A stretch of 64,000 nucleotides of DNA from Deltaproteobacteria bacterium (GTDB lineage: Bacteria > JAGRBM01 > JAHCIT01), in assembly GCA_026129095.1 (NCBI GenBank), contig JAHCIT010000011.1, positions 1 to 64,000 of the forward strand, in the 5' to 3' direction. Below the pieces are notes generated by a model, which made no database searches, was not told the DNA's origin, and saw only the letters and a program-made list of their open reading frames with translations. Within the stretch, counting starts at the first letter, position 1. Each line of letters starts with the position of its first letter. Below, piece by piece: positions 1-8,026 of this stretch. The position numbers were made by a program, and so were the translations under genes.

Positions 1-27
1 CTCCCAGAGGTCAGGTTCGGCTAGCGG

Positions 28-186
28 CCACGCCTCACCTCAAATGAGGCGTGGTGAGCCGTGGTGAAGCGTGGTGGCTGTAACTATCTGTTTTCACGTG
101 TTATTTTTATGTGATCTCCATCACTTTCTGCCGTCCTGACCCGTGTTGAGGTGTGGTGAAGCGTGGTGAGCCGTGGTGAGGCGTGG
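28..186. repeat. Two arrays of 10-bp-period direct repeats (consensus GTGGTGARSC) plus one inverted copy; MraZ-box-like
   Basis: GTGG at 51, 61, 71 and at 153, 163, 173, 183 (GTGT at 143). CCACGCCTCA (28-37) is a perfect inverted repeat of TGAGGCGTGG (45-54). Confidence 0.8.
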
Positions 187-348
187 CGGCGGCCCGGTTC
201 ACCGGCTGGGCGCAACCCAAGGCAGCGGCCGGTTTCCCAAGACGTGAGTTTCCTGAAATAGAAGCAATTTGCGTAATCACCAAGACCCTTCAGGGCCGGG
301 CAGGCCGCTCATCATTTGACGGAGCGCGACGCCCCCTGTCCGCTGCCC

Positions 349-357
349 ATTATACCA
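349..357 (-). promoter_or_regulatory. Extended -10 promoter element (TGgTATAAT) pointing off the left edge
   Basis: The minus strand reads TGGTATAAT at 357-349. No clear -35. An SD-like GGGAG lies at 5-1 on the minus strand. Confidence 0.55.
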
Positions 358-404
358 CGGAGGCCTGAACGGGCCGTGCGGGCTCCCAGCGGAGCCGGTC
401 CGAC

Positions 405-1190
405 CTACTTCACGATCCGGCGCTTGATCAGGTTGATCGACAGGGCGAAGGCCACATAGGCGTAGAGTAGCAGCCACGCCACATGATGCAGCAGGCCGGG
501 ATGCACGCGCCCCGCGGCCAGCTCGCGGAACACCGTCACCGCATGGAACAGGGGCTGGAAACCGGCCACTCCGGTCCAGAACGGCCCCAGCGTCTCCACC
601 GGGAAGAACGCCCCGCTCAGGAGCCACATGGGCGTCAGCACGACAGTGAAGTAGTAGGTGAAGAAGTCGTAGTTCGGGGCGAGGGCCGTCACGAGCTGCG
701 CCATCGCCGCGAAGGTGAGCCCCACCAGGAACGACGCCGGCATGGCCAGCACGAGATACGGGCTCTGGGCGAGCCCGGCCACGCTCACGACGCAGACCAC
801 GAAGAAGCCGCCGATGAGCCCCTTCGTCGCGCCCCAGAAGATGTCCCCGGCGACGACCTCCTCCAGCGCAACCGGCGTCAGCATTACAGCCTCGTAGGTC
901 TTCTGCCGCGACATCCGGGTGAACGACCCGTAGGTGCACTCGAATGACGACGAATACATGATGCTGAGGCCCAGCGCGCCGGGCACGATGAAATGGATGT
1001 AGGACATGCCCCCCATTTCGGGGATCATTGACCCCAGTCCGTAGCCAAAGGCGAAGATGTAGAGGATCGGCTCGAACAGCTCGCCAAAGACCGTCGAGAG
1101 CCAAGCTCCCTGCATCCAGACGATCCGGTTGCGGTTCCAGACAGTGAGCGTCCGGATGCCGATCCACGGAAGCGCGAAGACCGCCGTCAT
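405..1190 (-). CDS. ABC-2 type permease (NodJ-like)
   Basis: About 6 hydrophobic segments, EPILYIFAFGYGLG and LSGAFFP motifs; 4-nt overlap with the ATPase gene. Confidence 0.9.
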   Translation of the reverse strand: MTAVFALPWIGIRTLTVWNRNRIVWMQGAWLSTVFGELFEPILYIFAFGYGLGSMIPEMGGMSYIHFIVPGALGLSIMYSSSFECTYGSFTRMSRQKTYEAVMLTPVALEEVVAGDIFWGATKGLIGGFFVVCVVSVAGLAQSPYLVLAMPASFLVGLTFAAMAQLVTALAPNYDFFTYYFTVVLTPMWLLSGAFFPVETLGPFWTGVAGFQPLFHAVTVFRELAAGRVHPGLLHHVAWLLLYAYVAFALSINLIKRRIVK

Positions 1191-2104
1191 TCGGAAATCT
1201 CCCTTCCCGCCACCTTGAGGAACACGTCCTCCAGCGTCGCCGGGCGCTGGATCACTTCCGTGAATCCCGACGCCCGCACACGGGCGGCGATATCCGCCTG
1301 TCCGTCCAGGTAGAGGTACAGCATGTCGTTGGTGATCTCGTGGCGGGGGACGGGGCTGCCGAGCGTGCCCAGGACCTCGGCCGGCTCCCGGTCGCCCAGG
1401 AACACCTCGACCACCTCCGCCCCCACGTGCCGGGCCACGAGGCTTTCCGGGGAGCCGGAATCGAGAATCCGCCCCCCGTCCATGATGAGGATGCGGTCGC
1501 AGAGCTGCTCGGCTTCCTCCATATAGTGCGTCGTGAGCAGCATCGTCGTCCCCTGGCGCTTGAGAAGCCGGAGCTTCTGCCAGATCAGGTGGCGCGCCTG
1601 CGGGTCCAGGCCGGTCGTCGGCTCGTCCAGCACCAGCAGTTCGGGCGCGTTCACCAGGGCGCGGGCGATCAGTAGCCGGCGTTTCATTCCGCCCGAGAGG
1701 TTCTCGATCTTCTCCCGCCGCTTTTCGGTCAGGTGCACGAACTCCAGCAGGTCACGGGCCCGGCGGGTCGCCTCGCCCCCCCGGATGCCGAAATACCCGG
1801 CGAACACGACGAGGTTCTGCTCCACCGTGAGGTCCGGGTCGGTCGTGTCGTCCTGGGTAACCACGCCAAGGCGGCCCTTCACGTCAACCGGGTGACGTTC
1901 CGGGTCGATGCCGAATACCTCCACCTCGCCACCGGTGCGGAACATCTGCCCGACGAGCATCTTGAGCGTGGAAGTCTTTCCCGCGCCGTTGGGCCCCAGC
2001 AGGCCAACACATTCACCCGGCGCGATATCGAAGCTGATCGCCCGGACGATCTCCAGCGCGTCAAACCTCTTTTCCAGTTCACGAACCGATATGAGTGGAG
2101 CCAT
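1187..2104 (-). CDS. ABC transporter ATP-binding protein (NodI/DrrA-like)
   Basis: Walker A GPNGAGKT, signature LSGGM, Walker B LVLDEPT, TTHYMEEA. ATG at 2104 chosen as start. Confidence 0.93.
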   Translation of the reverse strand: MAPLISVRELEKRFDALEIVRAISFDIAPGECVGLLGPNGAGKTSTLKMLVGQMFRTGGEVEVFGIDPERHPVDVKGRLGVVTQDDTTDPDLTVEQNLVVFAGYFGIRGGEATRRARDLLEFVHLTEKRREKIENLSGGMKRRLLIARALVNAPELLVLDEPTTGLDPQARHLIWQKLRLLKRQGTTMLLTTHYMEEAEQLCDRILIMDGGRILDSGSPESLVARHVGAEVVEVFLGDREPAEVLGTLGSPVPRHEITNDMLYLYLDGQADIAARVRASGFTEVIQRPATLEDVFLKVAGREISE

Positions 2105-2164
2105 AGGCAAGGGGAGAAGGAGCTTATGCCGGGGAAGGCGGCTGGCGGCCTCGCGAGACCGCCA

Positions 2165-2368
2165 TCAGCCGATTTTCTGGACGGTCAGGTGGTCGGGATT
2201 AAGCCCGTCACGGACCAGCTTGTACCGGACGCCATCGGTGCCCTTGAACTCGGCGAAACCCTCGAACGATGTGCGGACTTCCTTGATCAGGAACTTGAGG
2301 AAGTCCTTGTTGGCCGCGGCCATTTTCTTGAGTTCCGCGACTCCGGTCGCATCACCATCGAGGTTCAT
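2165..2368 (-). CDS. Small hypothetical protein (67 aa)
   Basis: Fills the gap between co-oriented genes; protein-like composition unlike the Arg/Pro-rich shadow ORFs. Confidence 0.65.
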   Translation of the reverse strand: MNLDGDATGVAELKKMAAANKDFLKFLIKEVRTSFEGFAEFKGTDGVRYKLVRDGLNPDHLTVQKIG

Positions 2369-2448
2369 CGAAACCCCCCGCCAGCACCCTCGCCTGAAAC
2401 TGCACTATATCCGGCCCCGGACGCGAGGGGCAACCGGCAATGACCTTC

Positions 2449-4692
2449 CTACCGGCGGGCGGATGCAGCCCGGCGCGGCGCCGCACCGTTGCGGGCAGTC
2501 TTGCGGACTCCGGCCGTTTCGTTCCCCATCACGAGCCGGATCCGGTGCCGGATGACCGGCATCTCCTGCTCGAGGGCGCGGAGCTTGTCCCGGGAGATGA
2601 CCAGAACGCGGCAGCCGCCTTCGGTCGTGGCCCGGTACCGGGCCAGTTGCACGCCAGCGATCCTCACGTTCTTGCCGAAATACCGGCCGGGGCCCAGTTC
2701 CAGCGGGCGGCCGCGCTCGTCCTTGAGCGGCTTGCCTCCCTGGCTGAGACGAACCGAGCCTTCCTGGATGATGTAGATATTCTGCGCCTTGGCGACTTCC
2801 GTCTCGCCGACGATCGTCTGGCGGGGCTTGAAGACCAGCGTTTCGGCGACGAGCGAGATCCGGTGGATCGCCGAGGCATCCAGCCCGGCGAACAGCTCCA
2901 CTTCCTTGATCGCCTTGCGGTGGGCCCAGAGCTTCATGAATGTCTGTTCGAGCCCGTTTTCCGCCACGAACTCCATGAAGAGATCGCCTGGCAGCTCGAA
3001 CACCGTCGAGGCCGACGCCGCCGTCACCGAGGCGGTGCGCTCCATCTGCTGGAGGATGGCGATTTCGCCGAAGAAGTCGCCGCGCTCCAGCTCGGCCACC
3101 CGCGTGCCGGCGACGGTCACGTCGAATGAACCCGCAAGCACGAAATAGAACGTGTCCCCGCGGGTTCCCTCACGAACGATGGTCTCCCCCTTCTGCACGT
3201 TCCGGACGGTCCCGCGGGTCAGGATGATGTCGATCCAGTAGCGGTTACGGATATCGAACAGCTTGAGCGATTCCAGAATACCAAGGACATGGAACGGGTG
3301 CACCGTATCGGCCGGAACCACCTGGAACGAATCGCCGGGCCGGGCGACAACCGAATTGGGCCCGAGTTTCCCGTCATAGGTGGACCGGTGCGTGACCACC
3401 AGCTTCTGGTCGGAACCGGCGAAATCCTTGGGATCGAGATGAATGGGCTCCCCGCCGCCATCCATCACCAGAAGATCGTACCGCTTGCCAAGGAAGCTCT
3501 TGAGCTGGTCCCGGCGGGCAGCCTCCAGGAGCCCCTTCCCGTGCATCTCGTCCAGGCCCCGGTGGTGAAGCGTGTCGCCGGAGATATAGACGCTATGCAG
3601 CTTGCCGTCCTTGTCGCGGACCGACATCTCGGCGCCGAGCGCGGGGATCGAATGGACCCCGTAGAAGAACCGGAAATCGACGCCGAAAAGCCGCACCGGC
3701 TCGTCCACCGGCACCGGCATGAAGTCCATGTAGTCGCGGATCGAACCGGGGCTCTCGCCCAGGATCGCGCCCATCTTGATGAGCAGGCATTCGAATATCT
3801 CCGGCGTGGAGATGACGAGCGGCCGGTGCTTGTCGAGCAGGAACTCCAGGAAGTTCAGGTGGTCGTCGTGGACATGGGTGACGATGATTGCCTTGACCGA
3901 CTCCTTCGAAACCCCGCGCTGCTTGAGCTGGTGGTGAGTGAATGCCGGGCAGTCCCACAGGACGGCCACGCCGGACAGCCACAGCAGATAGCAGGTCGTC
4001 GGGAAGTTCGGGTCGAACCCATTGGAGGCGCCCAGAAGGTCCACGGCCAGGATCGATGGCAACTGCGCGCTCTGGGCGATGGGCGTCGAATAGGGCGGTT
4101 CGATGGGCTGGTCGAGCGGTATCTCGACCGTTTCGATCACATCGCGGCCGTCCTCGGCGCCGAGCAGCGCGAACCGGTCGTCGCCGAGCTTTCTCACGTA
4201 GAGGGGATTGTCCTCGTCATCGATCAGCAACGCGGCGTGGGAACCCTGGAATTCGACGAAATCAATGAAATCGTCGATCTGCCGGATGGAACCGTCGGCA
4301 TGCTTGACGGCCAGATAGTCCAGATCGGCCCGGAGGTATTTCCGCACCGAAGGCGGAACCTTCCAGGCTCGCATCTCCTCGTCCGTCGGCCCCAGCAGCG
4401 TGATCCTGAGCATTTCACGGATGCGGTTGCATTGAGACCGGGTTCCGTAAATGCGCATTTTCCGGCCGCTCGCCAGCGCGCCCTGCACGAACACGAAGTG
4501 GTAAAACGGGAACTCGACCGCGACGAGCGAGGAGCCGTCCTTGTGGAAGGTGTCCGGCAGCACGATCGCCGACGGCATGGTCAGCTTTTTCTGGAGGATT
4601 ACCTTGAGAATCTCGTTCGGGCATCCGAACAAGACGGTGAGGTCACCCCTTTTGAGGTGAACACATCCCGGTGCAACATTCGTCAACTGCAT
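2449..4692 (-). CDS. Metallo-beta-lactamase-fold hydrolase fused to two C-terminal cyclic-nucleotide-binding domains (putative cNMP phosphodiesterase)
   Basis: THVHDDH, GVHSIP and ISGDT MBL motifs; cNMP motif FFGEIAIL...ERTASV followed by a second degenerate cNMP domain. Start MQLTNV at 4692. Confidence 0.85.
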   Translation of the reverse strand: MQLTNVAPGCVHLKRGDLTVLFGCPNEILKVILQKKLTMPSAIVLPDTFHKDGSSLVAVEFPFYHFVFVQGALASGRKMRIYGTRSQCNRIREMLRITLLGPTDEEMRAWKVPPSVRKYLRADLDYLAVKHADGSIRQIDDFIDFVEFQGSHAALLIDDEDNPLYVRKLGDDRFALLGAEDGRDVIETVEIPLDQPIEPPYSTPIAQSAQLPSILAVDLLGASNGFDPNFPTTCYLLWLSGVAVLWDCPAFTHHQLKQRGVSKESVKAIIVTHVHDDHLNFLEFLLDKHRPLVISTPEIFECLLIKMGAILGESPGSIRDYMDFMPVPVDEPVRLFGVDFRFFYGVHSIPALGAEMSVRDKDGKLHSVYISGDTLHHRGLDEMHGKGLLEAARRDQLKSFLGKRYDLLVMDGGGEPIHLDPKDFAGSDQKLVVTHRSTYDGKLGPNSVVARPGDSFQVVPADTVHPFHVLGILESLKLFDIRNRYWIDIILTRGTVRNVQKGETIVREGTRGDTFYFVLAGSFDVTVAGTRVAELERGDFFGEIAILQQMERTASVTAASASTVFELPGDLFMEFVAENGLEQTFMKLWAHRKAIKEVELFAGLDASAIHRISLVAETLVFKPRQTIVGETEVAKAQNIYIIQEGSVRLSQGGKPLKDERGRPLELGPGRYFGKNVRIAGVQLARYRATTEGGCRVLVISRDKLRALEQEMPVIRHRIRLVMGNETAGVRKTARNGAAPRRAASARR

Positions 4693-4848
4693 CTGTTTCC
4701 CGCCTGTTCCCGCAGCACGGCACAATCCCTGTCAGGGGCAACCGGGCCCCAGTAAGGGAAGGACAGAAGAACACCACAACCGAAACGCCCCGTCTGGAAC
4801 CACCTTCCAGACAGGCCTACAGTAGGGGCGAAGGACCAGAACGCATAA

Positions 4849-4877
4849 ATTATCAGGTAATATGCCCCTGTAGTCAA
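4849..4877 (-). promoter_or_regulatory. Sigma70-type promoter for the MBL-cNMP gene
   Basis: TTGACT (4877-4872), 17-nt spacer, GATAAT (4854-4849). Confidence 0.65.
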
Positions 4878-4882
4878 CTAAC

Positions 4883-5884
4883 ATGCTGAAAGAACAGAAT
4901 TTTTCAGGCAATTCCAGTGCGCTAGGTCACACCGAAACCGTGCCTTGCGCCGTTGGCATAGCGATATGGAACAACCGGAATCTCCTGCCGGGCCTGAAGC
5001 AAAGCCTTTCCGCCCTAAGCACACAGCCCCGCCTTGTCCTGCTTTTCGATAACGGTAGTACCGACGATTCGGCCGGCTGGATCGCACAGAACTGGCCGGA
5101 AGCGGTTCTCCTCAAGTCGCCGGTCAATACCGGTTTTGCCGAAGCCCATAACCGGCTTATTGAGGCAGCCTTCGCCAATCCGGAGATCACCGCCTATCTC
5201 GCCCTCAATTCCGATGCCCTGCTGGACCCGGACTTCTTTAAGTCCGCCTTTCCGGCCCTCGACCCGGAAATGAAAATGGGTGCCGTTCAGCCACTGGTTC
5301 TCCATCTCGATGAGACTATGAAGCCAACGGGCCGGATTGATACGACCGGCATCGGGTTCAATGCCCGCACGGGACTTTTTATTGATCGGCACCGGGGGGA
5401 AACCCCCGGAGCGGCTCATCAGACCGCCGGTCCGGTATTCGGCCCGAGCGGCGCGGTCGCGCTTTACCACCGTGACTGGCTCGCGGCAGTGAAAGACCCG
5501 GAGCATGGTTATTTCGACCGGCGTTTTTTCGCCTACTATGAGGACGTGGATATCTCATGGCGGGCGCGACGGCTCGGATGGAGCGCGGTTTTCATACCCG
5601 GCGCAAAAGCCTATCATCAGCGTTACGGTTCCCTGGGAGCCCGGCCGGAGCAGGAGAAGCTGCTTTACCGGAACCGGCTCTGGCTCCACCTGAAAAACGA
5701 GGGCTGGGGTTCGCTGCTCGCGCCAAAGCTCGCGGGCCGCGAACTGCTCAATCTTCTCCGGGCCGCCACGACCCGGCCGTGGCTGAGGGATGTCCTCGCT
5801 GAAAAGTTCCGGACCGCCGTGGCGATCGGCCGCGGATACGATCCGAAACTGGAAAAGATCGACCCACGTGACTACCCGGCCTAA
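4883..5884 (+). CDS. Glycosyltransferase family 2
   Basis: DNGSTD, NTGFAEAHN, LNSD and FFAYYEDVD motifs. The true start may be the GTG near 4940. Confidence 0.9.
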   Translation: MLKEQNFSGNSSALGHTETVPCAVGIAIWNNRNLLPGLKQSLSALSTQPRLVLLFDNGSTDDSAGWIAQNWPEAVLLKSPVNTGFAEAHNRLIEAAFANPEITAYLALNSDALLDPDFFKSAFPALDPEMKMGAVQPLVLHLDETMKPTGRIDTTGIGFNARTGLFIDRHRGETPGAAHQTAGPVFGPSGAVALYHRDWLAAVKDPEHGYFDRRFFAYYEDVDISWRARRLGWSAVFIPGAKAYHQRYGSLGARPEQEKLLYRNRLWLHLKNEGWGSLLAPKLAGRELLNLLRAATTRPWLRDVLAEKFRTAVAIGRGYDPKLEKIDPRDYPA

Positions 5885-6935
5885 ACCCATCCGCGTCCGG
5901 TTCCTGACCCAGACGGACGAGCAGGGTGCCAGCGCCCGGCTCCGCGTCTATTCGTACGTGAACTACCTGGCAGCCGAGGGACTCCAGATCACGGTGGACC
6001 CCGCCAACACTGAAGCCACCACGATCGGGTATGCGCGTACCGCTCTTCAGCGGATGACGGGGATCGTGGAAACCGCTGCCCTGAACGATGTCATTGTGAT
6101 CCAGCGGGATTTCGTCAACCACATGGTGCCGTGGATCGAATGGCTGTATGCCAAAAGCGGGCGGCCGCTCATTCTCGACGTGGACGACGCCATTGACCTG
6201 CGCCCGCCCGGACATCCCGAAGGATGGCGCAGCAAGCTGCTGGGAACCGACGGCAAGCTGGAAAGCCTGGCCCGTATGGCGCATACCGTCGTCGCTGGGA
6301 ACCATTATCTCGCCGGACGCATCCGGGAGTGGAACCCAAATGTGCAGGTGATCCCCACCTGCCTCGATCTTTCCGCCTGGCCCCGCCCTGCCCCGCGGCG
6401 GCTCCCTGCCGGACGGCCCATCGTCATCGGCTGGATCGGCTCGCCCCTCACGACGTTTTACCTGGGACTCGTCAAGGAAGCCCTGCGGGGGATCGCCGCC
6501 CGGCGGCAGATCGTTTTCCGCACGGTCGGAGCCACGGCCCTCAGCTGGGAGGGGGTGCCGCTGGAACAGCGTATCTGGCGCGCCGAGACCGAACTTGCCG
6601 AGATCGAACAGTTCGACATCGGCATCATGCCGCTCACCGACGACGAATGGAGCCGGGGCAAGTGCGGCACCAAGATCATCCAGTATTTTGCCGCTGCCGT
6701 TCCGGTCGTCGCCTCTCCGGTAGGCATGAACGTGGACGCGCTCGACGGCGGAAAGGCGGGGCTCCTTGCATCGACCACCCGGGAGTGGACCGAGGCATTC
6801 GACCGCCTGCTTGGCGATCCGGGCCTTTACACGCAGCTTTCCGTGGCAGGGCGCGACCGGGCAGAGACGCAATACGACCTGCGCCGGTATGTGCCCCTCT
6901 GGTCGGAGATCATCCACAAGGCGGCGGAACGATGA
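5868..6935 (+). CDS. Glycosyltransferase family 4
   Basis: DVDDAI, IGWIGS and FDIGIMPL...GKCGTKIIQY...VVASPVG motifs. GTG start at 5868 inferred. Confidence 0.88.
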   Translation: MTTRPKPIRVRFLTQTDEQGASARLRVYSYVNYLAAEGLQITVDPANTEATTIGYARTALQRMTGIVETAALNDVIVIQRDFVNHMVPWIEWLYAKSGRPLILDVDDAIDLRPPGHPEGWRSKLLGTDGKLESLARMAHTVVAGNHYLAGRIREWNPNVQVIPTCLDLSAWPRPAPRRLPAGRPIVIGWIGSPLTTFYLGLVKEALRGIAARRQIVFRTVGATALSWEGVPLEQRIWRAETELAEIEQFDIGIMPLTDDEWSRGKCGTKIIQYFAAAVPVVASPVGMNVDALDGGKAGLLASTTREWTEAFDRLLGDPGLYTQLSVAGRDRAETQYDLRRYVPLWSEIIHKAAER

Positions 6936-8026
6936 CCGGCAGCCAGCGACCGCGTGTGCTCGTGCTGCTCAAGACGCTGGGTATCGGTGGCGCGGAGACC
7001 CTCGTCCTGAACAGTTCCCGCCTTTGGGACCGGTCGCAGTTCGACTACCGGTTGGGCTATCTGGGGAAACCGGCCGACCTGGAACCGGAGTTCCGGTCCG
7101 GCGGATTTGAACCGGTCCGGTTCGCTCCTTCCGGCCATGCGAACGACCCTTTCAGCCTGTGGGAGCTTTTCCGCTGGATTCGCCGAGAGCAGATCACGCT
7201 GATCCACGCCCATCTTCCGGTGCCCTCCCTGTGGGCCGTTCTTGCCGCCAGGGGAACGGGCACGAAGGTCGTCGCCACGAACCATTCCCAGCCGGAGTCG
7301 ATGCGCCCTCTCACCGCACGGATCGCCCGGCTCGCCTGGCCGAGGGCGGATCTCGTCATCGCCGTGGGATCATCGCTGGCGGCCGACAGCCGGACCGCAC
7401 GGCGAACCGAGCTCGTGAACAACGGCGTCGAACTGGATCGCTTCGTCTCCGCCCGGCCCGCCGCTCTGGATGGCATCCCGCCTGACGCCACGGTGGTTCT
7501 GGTGCTCGGGAGCCTGATCGAACTCAAGCGGCCGCTGGAAACCCTGAACGTGTTTGAGCGGGCGGTCGAAAAGGCCGGTTCTTCAGCCAACGCGCATCTT
7601 GTATTTGCGGGCGGCGGCGAACTGGCCGCTTCCCTTGCCGCCGCCCGTGACGCCTCTCCACATGCGAAGCGCATCCATCTCCTCGGCCTGCGGCGCGATA
7701 TCCCGGCCCTATGCGCACGGGCGGACATTGTGCTTCTCCTGAGCCGAACCGAAGGGCTCCCCATGGCGCTGCTCGAAGGCGGCGCGGGAGGGTGCTCGCT
7801 CATCGCCACACGGATTGCCTCCGTAGGAACTCTCGTCCGGGATGGCGAGAACGGCTTTCTCGTGACAGACGATCTGGAAGCGGCTGGTGCTCTCTCCAGA
7901 CTGCTCGCCGATCCTGCGCTCCGGAAAAAGATGGGAGCCGCCTCCCGCGAGACAGTCGCCCGGGAGTTCAACCTGCAGTCCAATGTCCGCCGGATCGAGC
8001 AGCTTTACCGCGAGGTACTCGCCTGA
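6932..8026 (+). CDS. Glycosyltransferase family 4
   Basis: GGAE, IHAH and EGLPMALLE (EX7E) motifs; ATGA overlap with the previous stop. Confidence 0.9.
   Translation: MTGSQRPRVLVLLKTLGIGGAETLVLNSSRLWDRSQFDYRLGYLGKPADLEPEFRSGGFEPVRFAPSGHANDPFSLWELFRWIRREQITLIHAHLPVPSLWAVLAARGTGTKVVATNHSQPESMRPLTARIARLAWPRADLVIAVGSSLAADSRTARRTELVNNGVELDRFVSARPAALDGIPPDATVVLVLGSLIELKRPLETLNVFERAVEKAGSSANAHLVFAGGGELAASLAAARDASPHAKRIHLLGLRRDIPALCARADIVLLLSRTEGLPMALLEGGAGGCSLIATRIASVGTLVRDGENGFLVTDDLEAAGALSRLLADPALRKKMGAASRETVAREFNLQSNVRRIEQLYREVLA

Noticed and set aside
45..186. Repeats as a CRISPR array or plasmid iterons
   Set aside because: Units are 10 bp and tandem with no spacers, and there are no cas or rep genes.
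6224..8025. Long N-terminal extensions of the GT (from 6224) and asnB (from 7711) ORFs
   Set aside because: They overlap upstream genes. Coupled starts at 6932 and 8026 fit better, and AsnB needs Cys at position 2.
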